Below, in pieces: positions 51,237 through 62,264 of a DNA stretch of 64,000 nt (the stretch's first letter is position 1; every line of letters begins with the position of its first letter). The notes under the pieces were generated by a model. It ran no database searches, was not told the origin of the DNA, and saw only the letters and a program-made list of their open reading frames with translations. A program made the translations under genes and the position numbers. This DNA is from a bacterium (GTDB taxonomy: Bacteria > Electryoneota > Electryoneia > Electryoneales > Electryoneaceae). Location of the stretch: NCBI GenBank assembly GCA_963675295.2, contig CAXXKJ010000002.1:416001-480000 (forward strand), in the 5' to 3' direction.

Positions 51237-53105
51237 ATGAAGGTTGCATGGGCAGGTTTGATGGTGGTGTTGTTGCTGGCGGGATCCGCGTCGGCACAAT
51301 GGACGGAGAAGTGGGAAGCGGAGTTTTCGTCACAGTACACGTTGGATCAATTCTCGGGCACGTGTCCGGACGGGTACGGCGGAGTGATGGCGGTAGGCAA
51401 GCAGCACAACCCGAACACGGACAAGTTCGAGGCAATTTATGCGCGTTTCAATGAACAGGGCGAGTTATTGTGGGTGAATGTGTATGCCAGTGGGCAGGCT
51501 AACCGGATCTTCGAGGATATTGCACCGACGTACATCTATCAGGATCGTTTTGTTGCGGTTGGCGCAAGCACGGAGAACAATGACACCAGCTTCCTGATGG
51601 TGATGATCGAGCTGGATGGAACGTATGTGGTGGGTCGGACACTCGAGTATGGCGGCGGCGGGTATTTGAACCAGATTGAGCGGGTGGCCTCGAGCCTGGT
51701 CGCGTGCGGCACGACGGAACTCGACAATGGCTTGCAGCAGGGGTTCGTGATCAGCCTGAATGAACCGTATGACGTGAACTGGTGGCAAACCTACGGCAGT
51801 TACGACCGCAACTTCCTCGACGATGTCAAGGCGACGAGCGGTGGGTATGCGGCAACCGGTTGGGGTTGGACCGGAAACGAGCGCGCGCCGTGGTTGCTGA
51901 AGATCGATTACGATGGCACGTTCCTGTGGGAACAGTACTATCCGCAGTATGATGGTGCGTATCCGGAAAGCCTGGTGTCGACGGGCAATTTCGACCTGAT
52001 GATGACAGGGTATTCGTTGATCAGCGGCAACGCCCAGTTCTTCGTGCTGAGCACGGACGACATGGGCAACGAGCTGTGGATGGAAGAATATGGCGAATCC
52101 GATTCCCAGGAGAATGGCAAGTTCATCGGCCAGGCGTCTCAGGGCGGCTATTGGGTGGTTGGTGATGGGTACGGCCCGATGATGGACGGTGTCGACATCT
52201 GGGCGATCCGCATCAACAACAACGGCGATTTGTTGGAAAGCCAGCTGTTCAACAAGCCGGGTGATCAAAACATGTGGGAAGGCCAGTCGCACGGCAGCAC
52301 GGACATCGTCATTGCCGGACGTGGTGAGCTGAGCGGCTCGACTGAGTTGAATCCCTGGGTGATGCGTCTGACCCCGTCGCAGGATATCGAAGTGTTCCTA
52401 GATCCGTTGGATCCGCCGGTGTATGTGCCCTTCTTCGGTGGGATGATTCCGTACACGGTGACCGGCGTGAACAACACCACCTCGCCAATGCAGGTGGACG
52501 CGTGGATGCAGGTGGAGCATGTCGCGTCCCAGCTGACGGTTGAAGTCCGTGTGTTCGAGAATGTCGGCCTTCCGGGGAGCGCGTCTGTGAGCGCGGCGTT
52601 GAACCAGGCAATCCCGCAGGAAGCGCCGGAAGGCGAATACTGGCTGCGTGTGTTCGTCGGCGACTATCCCTGGGTGCAGCAGACCAGTGACTGGTTCAGT
52701 TTCTGGAAGCTGGGTCCGACGTTGGCAACGGCAGCGGTGAACGGCGACGTATTCGAGCAGCCGGAGTTGTGGCCGTCGACAGGTAGTTTCGGAGCGAACG
52801 CCGAAGCGGTCGTGTCGGCGAGCGACAGCAACCTGCCGGGTGAGTATGCGTTGAACGCGGCGTATCCGAACCCGTTCAACCCGACGACGACGGTGAGTGT
52901 GTCGTTGCCGGACGCGTCCGATCTGACGGTCGCGGTGTACAACACCATCGGCCAGCAGGTCGCGGAGTTAGCACAGGGTCGTGTCGCGGCGGGAACGCAT
53001 GCGTACACGTTTGATGCGTCCGCGTTGAGCAGTGGTGTGTATTTTGTGCGCGCGTCGGTGCCGGGCCAGTTGAATGCGATGCAGAAGGTGGTTTTGATGA
53101 AGTAA
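51237..53105 (+). CDS. Secreted propeller-like protein with pre-CTD Ig-like domain and T9SS CTD
   Basis: Signal peptide; W..YG repeats; same architecture as the 13994 gene. Confidence 0.87.
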   Translation: MKVAWAGLMVVLLLAGSASAQWTEKWEAEFSSQYTLDQFSGTCPDGYGGVMAVGKQHNPNTDKFEAIYARFNEQGELLWVNVYASGQANRIFEDIAPTYIYQDRFVAVGASTENNDTSFLMVMIELDGTYVVGRTLEYGGGGYLNQIERVASSLVACGTTELDNGLQQGFVISLNEPYDVNWWQTYGSYDRNFLDDVKATSGGYAATGWGWTGNERAPWLLKIDYDGTFLWEQYYPQYDGAYPESLVSTGNFDLMMTGYSLISGNAQFFVLSTDDMGNELWMEEYGESDSQENGKFIGQASQGGYWVVGDGYGPMMDGVDIWAIRINNNGDLLESQLFNKPGDQNMWEGQSHGSTDIVIAGRGELSGSTELNPWVMRLTPSQDIEVFLDPLDPPVYVPFFGGMIPYTVTGVNNTTSPMQVDAWMQVEHVASQLTVEVRVFENVGLPGSASVSAALNQAIPQEAPEGEYWLRVFVGDYPWVQQTSDWFSFWKLGPTLATAAVNGDVFEQPELWPSTGSFGANAEAVVSASDSNLPGEYALNAAYPNPFNPTTTVSVSLPDASDLTVAVYNTIGQQVAELAQGRVAAGTHAYTFDASALSSGVYFVRASVPGQLNAMQKVVLMK

Positions 53106-53429
53106 CGGATAGGAACAGACAGGAACAGATAGTAAAAGATAGAGGCGATTCAGCGGGGACACTTTGGGGACAAAGTGTCCCCCTTTTTGTTTGTCTGAAG
53201 GGAACATGTGAATGTATGGTGCCGCTGGTTACGGTGCTGGAAGGGTGAATGACCGGGTCGTGAAAGCCGGGACTTGTGGTGCCGGCAGATGTTCTCAGAT
53301 CAGACAGTCCTCTCGACGGGAGGGTGTGCCTATCGTATCTTTTCGGATGGACGAACTCCGGTTGCACACTCGTCCGATCAGGATGGTTGAACATACTTTC
53401 CGGAAGCATCACGAAAAAGGACAGCCCTC

Positions 53430-54515
53430 ATGCCCGGCACAGCACGTTCTGCGGTTGACACCCCACGGACACCCCTGAGCGATGTACGACGCGGCGATGT
53501 GCTGGCGCAGCCGGTGTACCATGAGGGCCGTACGTTGTACGCACCGGGGCGTGTGCTGACGGACAAGGACATTCAGGAGCTGAAGCGGCTGAAGGTCGAG
53601 GCGATTGCGATTCGGGAGCGGGACGCGAAGCCTGTCGGCGACAAGGTTCAGACCGATCCGTTGAACAGCGAGATGCGTGCGCAGGCGATCAAGACGGTGC
53701 GCCGGGTGTATGAGGATTTCCACAATCTCGACCGGCAGCATGGACGTGAGATTCACTCGTTGGGCCTGCGCTTGTGTGATGAAGTCAAGCAGGCGACGAA
53801 GCTCGGCATTGCGGTGCACGACCTCCGTGACCACAGCAACTACACCTACCAGCACAGCGTCAATGTGACCGCGATTTCATTGGCAATCGGCATCCGGCTG
53901 GGGTTGACCAAGGAGGAGTTGAACCTGCTGACGGTCGGCGGGTTGCTGCACGACATCGGGAAAATGAAAATCCCGCCTCAGATCCTGGAGAAGAACGGAA
54001 AACTGACCAATCAGGAAATGATGATCGTACACAAGCATCCGATTTGGGGTTGGGAGTTGCTGAAGGAGTGCACCGATTTCGATCCGGTGGTGTGGGCGAT
54101 CGCGCGCCAGCATCATGAGACCCTGGACGGGAAGGGGTATCCCGACAAGCTGATGCGATGGCAGATCCATGAGTTATCGAAGATCGTGACTGTGGTCGAC
54201 ATGTGGGATGCGTTGCGCAGCGAACGGCCATACAAACCGGCGTGGCACCCGGACCGGACGCTCGCGTTCATCAATTCCCCGGAGATGACAGGCAAGCTCG
54301 ATCCGCAGGTGCTGGAGATCTTCAACCAGCTGATTGTGCCCTACCCGATGGGGACGCGTGTGATGATCACCGGTGGCCGGACGGGGCGCGTGGTCGGGCT
54401 CAATTATAGCGATTATGCGCGACCGATCCTGAAGATGGATTCGGGTGGGTCGTTCATGGACATGACCGAACACAAGGGCATGGAAGTGATCGAAACGCTG
54501 GAATTGGCGGCGTAG
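53430..54515 (+). CDS. HD-GYP domain phosphodiesterase
   Basis: YTYQHSVNV, LHDIGK, HHETLDGKGYP, DALRSERPYK. Confidence 0.93.
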   Translation: MPGTARSAVDTPRTPLSDVRRGDVLAQPVYHEGRTLYAPGRVLTDKDIQELKRLKVEAIAIRERDAKPVGDKVQTDPLNSEMRAQAIKTVRRVYEDFHNLDRQHGREIHSLGLRLCDEVKQATKLGIAVHDLRDHSNYTYQHSVNVTAISLAIGIRLGLTKEELNLLTVGGLLHDIGKMKIPPQILEKNGKLTNQEMMIVHKHPIWGWELLKECTDFDPVVWAIARQHHETLDGKGYPDKLMRWQIHELSKIVTVVDMWDALRSERPYKPAWHPDRTLAFINSPEMTGKLDPQVLEIFNQLIVPYPMGTRVMITGGRTGRVVGLNYSDYARPILKMDSGGSFMDMTEHKGMEVIETLELAA

Positions 54516-54638
54516 TCGCGGCGAGAGTTGCGGATCGATTGTCAGGACGACGAATTCAGTGGGACAGAACAAAGCCGGGGACACTTGACCATTCAAGTGT
54601 CCCGTTTCATATCGTTTTGTGCTGAAGTGTATGAACCG

Positions 54639-57116
54639 TTACTTCATCAGCACGACTTTCTGCACGGCGTTGAGCTGTCCGGGGACGGTCGCGTGAACGA
54701 AGTAGATACCGCTGGACAGATGCGACGCGTCGAAGGTGAAGGCGTGCGTGCCGGCGGCGGCGCGACCGTTGGTCAGCTCCGCGACCTGCTGGCCGAGGGT
54801 GTTGACGACGGTGACCTTAAGATCGGCGGCTTCCGGCAGCGCGACGGAGACGGCCGTCGTCGGGTTGAACGGGTTCGGGTAGGCGGCGTTCAGCGCGTAC
54901 GCGTTCGGCAGGTTGTCCGAGTTGATGTTCGCGTTCGCACTGGAAACCGTACGGTTCGCAGCGGCCCAGTCGGTAACGTCAAAGTCACCGTTGGAAGCGT
55001 TCGGATAACCTTCCTTGACGAACAGGAATTGGTCCTGAATGTTCGGGCCGCGGTGGCGTTGCTGTCCAACGTACCCAGTGACGAGGTATTCGCCTGCCGG
55101 GGCGGATCCCGGAACGTGAAAAACGAGATCGAGTAGCGAAGTGTCTGCGAATGCCGGAAGGTTGAAGGACTCCAACTCGAAACGGGAATATTCGATCCCA
55201 CCGGGCAGTTTGATATTCAGCCAGAAGTTCAGATTTTCGAGGGGCGAACCGAAGCTGGAAACGATTGACGCGTCATAGATCAGATCTCGACCCCAGGAAG
55301 GAATGATTGTCTCCCGCGGTGTCAGCTCCAGATCAACCGGTTGTTCTTCGACGATGACGAGGACATCGTCAATCGCCCAACGGTTACAACCATCGGCATG
55401 GAAAAAGAATCCAATCTTGAACTGATTGTGGCCGGAAAGCACATTGGTCAAGTCGAAGTATTGCTGATTTTCCTGCCCGTCGTAGATCTGAGCCAGGTTA
55501 TACCAGGTCGCGCCATCGTTATAGGTATACTGAGGTTTGCACGTTACCACTTCCGTGCTCAGAAGGGCATGGTCAAACATCAATTGAACGCTGGAGGTGG
55601 CGGTTTTCAGGATACTGGGACTTACCAATCTGCCGGACCAGTACTCTTCGGTCATGGCGTGATAACCGATGGTCCAACACCGGGATGAAAACGTATTTGG
55701 CAGGAGGGTGGTGCTCCACGTGAAGCTCGAGGTGTTTTGTTCAACAGACCAGTTACGAGGTTTGAATTGACTGAATTCATCAAGCAACGCGATGTCATCC
55801 ATATCGGGCCAGATCGCCTTCACCGGGTACGAGGGTTGGCTGGATGGATCTTGTGGGTTAGCGGTGACAACATATTCATGGAGCAGGTGATCCATGAGCT
55901 GATCGGTGTACTGGGTACCGGTGACGGTTGCAATGACGACACCATCCCGTTTGATCTGGTAGGAGCTAGCATTCAGATTCGCCCAGTGGAGGGTGACGAG
56001 ACCATGATAGTCGACAGATCGTTTCAAATTGAAGCCGATCTGGTAATCCGGATTTTCCCACCATCTTATGGCGGATTCAGGGTCAACGCCCCGTTCCACA
56101 GCCACGAAATCGAGATCCTGGTCCTGGTCAAAATCCCCTAGATACAGATCATCAACGTCGCGTTTAGTACCGACCATCAGCTGATCTTTCAGCTGGGTAC
56201 CGCCGAAATACTGAGACCAGCCAATCCGATGAAGAAAGTCTGAATAGTAGACGAGGTCCTCGTCCCCATCGAGATCCAGATCGGCAGATTTCAGTATCCG
56301 GATGCGGTTTTGGGGTGACACAAACTGCTGAGTAAAGGTATTGTTGTCGAACGAATAGCACCAGACGCTATCGTCGCATAAGAGCAATATGTTTACGCCG
56401 CCGTCATGATTCATGTCAACGGTGACAATATCCGAAGTGTAATCTGTATGAAACCTTTCACGCAGTTCAAAGGTTGTATTACCAACATTTTCTACCCAAT
56501 AGATTCCCGTTTGGATCGGTGAAAGTTCGGTGACAAAATCGTTGTCGCCATCGCCGTCAATGTCTGCGACTTCGGTGTCCCCCCAGTAGGTCACAGCGGT
56601 ATAGATGGGGAAACCGTCAAATGCACCAGCCCCATCATAACGAAACCATTTCGCGCCACCCGTGTACGGAAGCAACAAGTCGGGTACACCATCCAGATCT
56701 ATATCGCGGACTTTCATCCACTGGTGGAAAAACCCGTTGCTGTCAACGGTACTCTGCGTGAACTGGCTATTTCCCTGGTTGAAATACACAAACAGTGTCG
56801 AATTGTCCACAACTGCGATATCGTTGTCCCCGTCATCGTCAAAGTCTCCGGTTCCAACTTGTCTTGGATCGTCCAGTCCGCCAAGTAAAACCGAAGTTGA
56901 AAAATCTCCAGTTCCATCATTGAGATAGGACGTGAGTTCGTCGTCGTTCCGGCTGTACACGATAAGATCCAAATCGCCGTCATTGTCGAGATCGACAGGT
57001 GGTGCAACGCGGTGTTCAAGATTGTTGCTTTCGATGGTATGCGTTGGCCATTCCTCTTCGGCGGATACGAATGGTACAGCAAACAGAATCACAACGAGGA
57101 TCAGGTAGGTTCGCAT
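54639..57116 (-). CDS. FG-GAP/VCBS-repeat secreted protein with T9SS CTD
   Basis: DxDxDGDxD repeats; signal peptide; CTD. Confidence 0.9.
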   Translation of the reverse strand: MRTYLILVVILFAVPFVSAEEEWPTHTIESNNLEHRVAPPVDLDNDGDLDLIVYSRNDDELTSYLNDGTGDFSTSVLLGGLDDPRQVGTGDFDDDGDNDIAVVDNSTLFVYFNQGNSQFTQSTVDSNGFFHQWMKVRDIDLDGVPDLLLPYTGGAKWFRYDGAGAFDGFPIYTAVTYWGDTEVADIDGDGDNDFVTELSPIQTGIYWVENVGNTTFELRERFHTDYTSDIVTVDMNHDGGVNILLLCDDSVWCYSFDNNTFTQQFVSPQNRIRILKSADLDLDGDEDLVYYSDFLHRIGWSQYFGGTQLKDQLMVGTKRDVDDLYLGDFDQDQDLDFVAVERGVDPESAIRWWENPDYQIGFNLKRSVDYHGLVTLHWANLNASSYQIKRDGVVIATVTGTQYTDQLMDHLLHEYVVTANPQDPSSQPSYPVKAIWPDMDDIALLDEFSQFKPRNWSVEQNTSSFTWSTTLLPNTFSSRCWTIGYHAMTEEYWSGRLVSPSILKTATSSVQLMFDHALLSTEVVTCKPQYTYNDGATWYNLAQIYDGQENQQYFDLTNVLSGHNQFKIGFFFHADGCNRWAIDDVLVIVEEQPVDLELTPRETIIPSWGRDLIYDASIVSSFGSPLENLNFWLNIKLPGGIEYSRFELESFNLPAFADTSLLDLVFHVPGSAPAGEYLVTGYVGQQRHRGPNIQDQFLFVKEGYPNASNGDFDVTDWAAANRTVSSANANINSDNLPNAYALNAAYPNPFNPTTAVSVALPEAADLKVTVVNTLGQQVAELTNGRAAAGTHAFTFDASHLSSGIYFVHATVPGQLNAVQKVVLMK

Positions 57117-57263
57117 GATTTTCCCTTTCACATTAGATCGATGGATTGCAACCCGGAACACCTGGTTCCCGCAATTCAACTCGCAAGACAACTGCGGTCT
57201 CTGTTGCACATCATCTGCAGAAATTGATTTGCGGGGAGTGGAGCGTGAACTGGTCACAAAAGC

Positions 57264-57300
57264 CAACCCCTCCTTGCAAAGATATTGCAAGAAGGGGTTG
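57264..57300 (-). terminator. Terminator hairpin
   Basis: CAACCCCTCCTTGCAA..TTGCAAGAAGGGGTTG downstream of the 57357 gene. Confidence 0.65.
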
Positions 57301-57356
57301 TGACAAAGCGTTTTTGGAAAAAGTTGGACAACGCTGAATTCGTCAGAGCCTGCCAG

Positions 57357-59861
57357 CTACTTCATCAGCACGACTTTCTGGACGGCGTTGAGCTGTCCGG
57401 GGACGGTCGCGTGGACGAAGTAGATGCCGCTTGACAGGGACGACGCGTCAAAGGTGAAGGCGTGCGTCCCGGCGGCGGTGCGGCCGTGGGTCAGCTCCGC
57501 GACCTGCTGGCCGAGGGTGTTGACGACGGAGACCGTCAAGTTGGCGGCCTCAGGCAGCGCGACGGAGATCGTTGTCGTCGGGTTGAACGGGTTCGGGTAG
57601 GCGGCGTTCAGCGCGAACTCTGTGGGGAGATCCGTGTGGGAATCAGCTGCAGAGGTGAACGTGGCCGAGTTGTTCGTGAGCTCCCAGTCCGCCGGATCAA
57701 ACTCACTGTTGACTGAGCCTAAATCGCCCAATTTTTCAAAGAGGAACTGATCTTGGATGATCGGGACGTTGGAGCGAGGCCGTCCGACATATCCGGTGAT
57801 GTAGTATTCGCCCGCGGGTGCGGATTCCGGAACTGAAATGACGAGACCGGGCATGGTGTAATTGGCAAAAGCTGCAAGGTCAAACGACTCTACCTCGTAG
57901 CGGGAAAACTCCTGTCCACCGGGCAGGTTGACGGTTATCCAGTAGCTCAGATCCGGGAAGGACAAATTGAAGCTGGATATCAGTGTGGCATCATACTGCA
58001 GGTCACCACCGGAAGGTGGGACGATGGTCTGCAGGGGTGTTAGTTGCAGGTTAACCGGCTGTTCATCCACGATGACGGTGACATTATCGACCGCCCAACG
58101 GTTGCATCCCTTGGTTGAATCGTAATAGAACCCGATCTTGAACCGGGAATGGCCGGTAAGGGCGTAGGTTAAATCGTAGTACTGCTGGTTTTCCTGTGCC
58201 ATGTGGTACTGGGCGAAGGTCTGCCAACTCAACCCATCGTCCACGGAATACTCGAGGTTGCAAAGAATCGTGGCCGTACGAAGGATGGCCTGGTCAAACA
58301 TCAATTCGACGCGGGAGGTAGGGGTTTTCAACATCCCCGGAGTAACCAGCCTGCCCCGCCACTTATCCGTCAACTCGTAGCGATACACATGGTGCCAGCC
58401 GATGGACATGCAGCGTGACGTAAACTTGGCTGGCAGAGAAGCGGTTTCCCAAGTCAAGGTTGCGGTGTTATCCTCAATGGACCAGGACCACGGTTTGCCT
58501 TGGTTAAAGTCTTCAAGCAACGCGATCTCATCCAGATCCGGCCAGATCGCCTTCACCGGGTATGAGGGCTTGCTGGACGGATTTTGCGGGTTTGCAGTGA
58601 CGACATATTCATGCGGCAGGTGATCGGCGAGCTGATCGTTGTACTGCGTGCCGGCGATGGTGGCAAGGACAACGCCGTCACGCTTGATCTGGTAGGCGTT
58701 CGCATTCAAGTCCGCCCACTTGAGTGTGACGAGTCCGCTATGATCAACAGATCGTGTCAGGTTGACGCCAATCTGGTAGTTCGGATTTTCCCACCAGGAC
58801 AGGGTATGCGTCGGACTCCAGGCAGAGACAACTGCCACGAAATCGAGATCCTGATCCTGGTCAAAGTCGCCCAGATACAGATCATCCATATCGCTGGGTG
58901 TTCCAGCAATCATCTGATCTTTAAACTGAGTGCCTCCCAGATACTGGCCCCAGCCAGCTCGATGTAGATGACCTGAATAATAGACGAAGTCCTCGTCGCC
59001 ATCCAGATCCAAATCGGCAACGTGCATATCCATAATATCGCGATTAGGCGATATATAATGTTGTGTAAATATGTTGTCATCGTACGTATAAGCCCAGATG
59101 CCATCGAGGAAGTGAACTACGATATCCAACACGCCATCGAGGTTCTGGTCAATGACTAAAATTCCATAGACTCTACCTTCATGAATCATGTCACGTAATT
59201 CAAACGTTGTATCGCCAACATTTTCAATCCAGAATACACCCTCTTCGTTTGTCGTCATTTGAGCGATAAAATCGTTGTCACCATCGCCATCAATATCCAC
59301 CATCGCGTGATCCCACCACAGATCCGCACCGGTATCAATGGCGAAGCCTTCGAACCCGCCGGCTCCGTCATAGCGAAACCATTTCGCGCCACCAGGGCTC
59401 GGAAGCAACAGATCCGGTGCGCCATCCTGATCAACATCGCAAACCGTCATCCAATGGCGTAAGAACTCGTAACTGTCAACGGTAATCTGGGTGAACTGGT
59501 TATTTCCCTGGTTGAAAAACACATACAGAGTGAATTCCGGAACTCCGAAGTCTACAACGGCGAGATCGTTGTCCCCGTCACTGTCAAAGTCGCCGATTCC
59601 AACTTGTCTTGGTGCGATCAGCCCATCGATCAAAACGACAGATGAAAAATTTCCCGCGCTATCATTGAGATAGGCGGTGATTTCAGTGTCCTGAAGACCG
59701 TACGTGATAAGATCGAGGTCGCCGTCGTTGTCGAAATCAACAGGCGGAGCAATGTGATCGTTCTGGACCACGCCGTCGATCATATGTGACGGCCATTCTT
59801 CTTCAGCGAAAACGAACGATGCAGCGAGCAGGAGCACAACGAGGGTCAAGTAGAATCGCAT
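57357..59861 (-). CDS. FG-GAP/VCBS-repeat secreted protein with T9SS CTD, full-length paralog of the 54639 gene
   Basis: Collinear similarity (AEEEWP, GDFDQDQDLDFVAV, SYPVKAIWPD, GCNRWA). Confidence 0.9.
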   Translation of the reverse strand: MRFYLTLVVLLLAASFVFAEEEWPSHMIDGVVQNDHIAPPVDFDNDGDLDLITYGLQDTEITAYLNDSAGNFSSVVLIDGLIAPRQVGIGDFDSDGDNDLAVVDFGVPEFTLYVFFNQGNNQFTQITVDSYEFLRHWMTVCDVDQDGAPDLLLPSPGGAKWFRYDGAGGFEGFAIDTGADLWWDHAMVDIDGDGDNDFIAQMTTNEEGVFWIENVGDTTFELRDMIHEGRVYGILVIDQNLDGVLDIVVHFLDGIWAYTYDDNIFTQHYISPNRDIMDMHVADLDLDGDEDFVYYSGHLHRAGWGQYLGGTQFKDQMIAGTPSDMDDLYLGDFDQDQDLDFVAVVSAWSPTHTLSWWENPNYQIGVNLTRSVDHSGLVTLKWADLNANAYQIKRDGVVLATIAGTQYNDQLADHLPHEYVVTANPQNPSSKPSYPVKAIWPDLDEIALLEDFNQGKPWSWSIEDNTATLTWETASLPAKFTSRCMSIGWHHVYRYELTDKWRGRLVTPGMLKTPTSRVELMFDQAILRTATILCNLEYSVDDGLSWQTFAQYHMAQENQQYYDLTYALTGHSRFKIGFYYDSTKGCNRWAVDNVTVIVDEQPVNLQLTPLQTIVPPSGGDLQYDATLISSFNLSFPDLSYWITVNLPGGQEFSRYEVESFDLAAFANYTMPGLVISVPESAPAGEYYITGYVGRPRSNVPIIQDQFLFEKLGDLGSVNSEFDPADWELTNNSATFTSAADSHTDLPTEFALNAAYPNPFNPTTTISVALPEAANLTVSVVNTLGQQVAELTHGRTAAGTHAFTFDASSLSSGIYFVHATVPGQLNAVQKVVLMK

Positions 59862-60092
59862 GATTTGCCCTTTCGGTTCTGATAGTCAGAATGCGTCTCA
59901 GACCGCCTGATTCCCAATGGTTCCGCCGCATAGGACGACGACGCACTTCTTTGCATCCTGACCGATTTGATTCAATTGTGTGGCGGAAACGGTCAACACA
60001 AACAACCCCTCCCCATTAATATAGCCCGGGGTGGGATTGTGGCAACCTATATATGCAAAAAAACGGAACAGCCTTAACAATCTCAGAGCCCG

Positions 60093-62003
60093 TTACTTCA
60101 TCAACACGACTTTCTGGACGGCGTTGAGCTGTCCGGGGACGGTCGCGTGAACGAAGTAGATGCCGCTTGACAGGGCTGACGCGTCGAAGGTGAAGGCGTG
60201 CGTGCCGGCGGCGGTGCGGCCATTGGTCAATTCGGCGACCTGCTGGCCGAGGGTGTTGACGACAGTGACCTCGAGGTCGGCGGCTTCCGGCAGCGCGACG
60301 GAGATTGTCGTCGTCGGGTTGAACGGGTTCGGATAGGCGGCAGACAAGGCAAAGGTCGCGGGCTGGTGATCGGTGGCCACGCGTCCTGATGTGCTTGGAG
60401 CGGAGTCCAGTTGTTCCCAGCCGCTCGATTCCCACAAGGTGACGGCTGTACCGGAAGCGGGACCCTGCTGTGTTTCAAGCACGTGGATCGACATCGCGTA
60501 TTCCGCTTCGATGTCGTTGGGGTACGTGCCGAAGCGAACCCGGTAGGTATAGGACCCCGGCAGCGAGTTCATCGGGACATACTGCACAATTGGATGAATC
60601 GTGCTCAATTCTGATTCCGGCTCCAGGGAAAGGGACTGCAGGCGCAGGAGTTGGTCACCCAGCTGGGGGTGGTAATACGTGACCCAGAAATCGCGATCTT
60701 CGGTCTGCTGCGTTGGATTACCTGCTGCCAGGAAGTACTTGAACAACCCGCCTTCCGGTCCGAACGTGATGAAATCGTCATCGGTTGTGTAGTAGTACGT
60801 GTCAAACGCGGACCACGGATCGCCGGGGCCTTCGTTGCGATATACCCGCAGGGAGTCATATCCCAGTGTGACGATGTCTTCATCTCCATCGGCATCAATG
60901 TCCAACACGTCGGCTGTGTTGTTGGCCGTTCCACCATCTGGCGTGTCACTCAATCGTGTGAAGAAGTACCGGTTGTTGACGTTTACCAGGAAAAAGGCGT
61001 GCGCATTCATCCCGTATGCCGCAAAGACGTCCAGATCCCCATCTCCGTCCCCGTCAGCCACATTCATGCCCGTAAGTACACCGCTGTAGTTATAGTTCGT
61101 ATTGTAAACCATTGTATAATCATTGAAAGAGCCTGCAGCATTCTCTACATAGAGTGAAGTGTATTGTTCTGCTGGCCACGGATAATCCAGCATGCAGGAG
61201 GTGAAGATTTCGGGGTAGAGATCGTCGTTTACATCCGCAACGGCCAGGCTGTAGTAGCGGCGGTTCGATTCATTAAGGGCGCGACGGGCAAAGGTCACTC
61301 CGTCGATGTTTTTGTACCAGACAAGACCACCGGCAGCATCGTAGGTATAGCCGTACGAAACTACGACGTCTGCATCATCGTCGTTATCAAAATCGGCGAC
61401 TTCAATGTTGACCTGCTGCATCCACAAAATCGCGGCCGGGTAGGTATCGACCAAAGTCAGCGACCAGGAATCCGCATTTTGGGTAAACAGATAGAATTCA
61501 TCCTGTTCATCGCCGTCGAGGACCATTCGTTCAGCGAAGAAATCCCAGTCTCCATCGTTGTCGAAATCGGAGCATGCGATGGCCCTGAATCCGGTAGGGG
61601 TGTTGGTGAGTTCATGCCGGATCATGGATTGAATCGAACCAGTATTCTCGTACCATACGAGGATTGAATCAGCGGCCATGACGATGTCGGAATCGCCATC
61701 GTGATCGAAATCGACCGCCACGCTTTCTCCGCCGCTGTCATGAAGCGAATGCATGGTCCACGACCCCATATCCTGCTCAAGTAAGTATGCAGGGCCGTAA
61801 ACATCTGTCCCGCCTTGACCATCAACGGAGCAGACCAGGTCGATATCGCCGTCACCGTCATAATCACCGGCGGTAAATGTCTCGATATCGTCCGGGACGT
61901 CAATCAGCTCATCGGCCCAGTGGACGGGTTGTGACATTGCAAGGTGCGGCACGATGAAAACCAGCAACAGCACCAGCGAGTAAATCAATCGAACAGCGTT
62001 CAT
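60093..62003 (-). CDS. FG-GAP-repeat secreted protein with T9SS CTD
   Basis: DxDxDGDxD repeats, pre-CTD domain, CTD. Confidence 0.9.
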   Translation of the reverse strand: MNAVRLIYSLVLLLVFIVPHLAMSQPVHWADELIDVPDDIETFTAGDYDGDGDIDLVCSVDGQGGTDVYGPAYLLEQDMGSWTMHSLHDSGGESVAVDFDHDGDSDIVMAADSILVWYENTGSIQSMIRHELTNTPTGFRAIACSDFDNDGDWDFFAERMVLDGDEQDEFYLFTQNADSWSLTLVDTYPAAILWMQQVNIEVADFDNDDDADVVVSYGYTYDAAGGLVWYKNIDGVTFARRALNESNRRYYSLAVADVNDDLYPEIFTSCMLDYPWPAEQYTSLYVENAAGSFNDYTMVYNTNYNYSGVLTGMNVADGDGDGDLDVFAAYGMNAHAFFLVNVNNRYFFTRLSDTPDGGTANNTADVLDIDADGDEDIVTLGYDSLRVYRNEGPGDPWSAFDTYYYTTDDDFITFGPEGGLFKYFLAAGNPTQQTEDRDFWVTYYHPQLGDQLLRLQSLSLEPESELSTIHPIVQYVPMNSLPGSYTYRVRFGTYPNDIEAEYAMSIHVLETQQGPASGTAVTLWESSGWEQLDSAPSTSGRVATDHQPATFALSAAYPNPFNPTTTISVALPEAADLEVTVVNTLGQQVAELTNGRTAAGTHAFTFDASALSSGIYFVHATVPGQLNAVQKVVLMK

Positions 62004-62201
62004 TGCTTATCTCCCCCAACACAGTAGCCATTTAATCTGTAGCGGTGTGGAAAATGACCGCCCAACATCGCCAAATCTGCACGCACAACAGACTTCAGAC
62101 CAGAAAATATAGCCCCTGCTGCTTTAAATGCTAGTGATTTTTATGCTTTTTGGCAAAACAATGTATCTCCCGAGCGTAACCTGCTGTCCGGGCAAAACAC
62201 A

Positions 62202-62239
62202 AACACACTACCCCGAACCTATGTCCGGGGTAGTGTGTT
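62202..62239 (-). terminator. Terminator hairpin
   Basis: AACACACTACCCCG..CGGGGTAGTGTGTT. Confidence 0.7.
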
Positions 62240-62264
62240 GTTTACAGGATCAAGCGGTAGGTAG

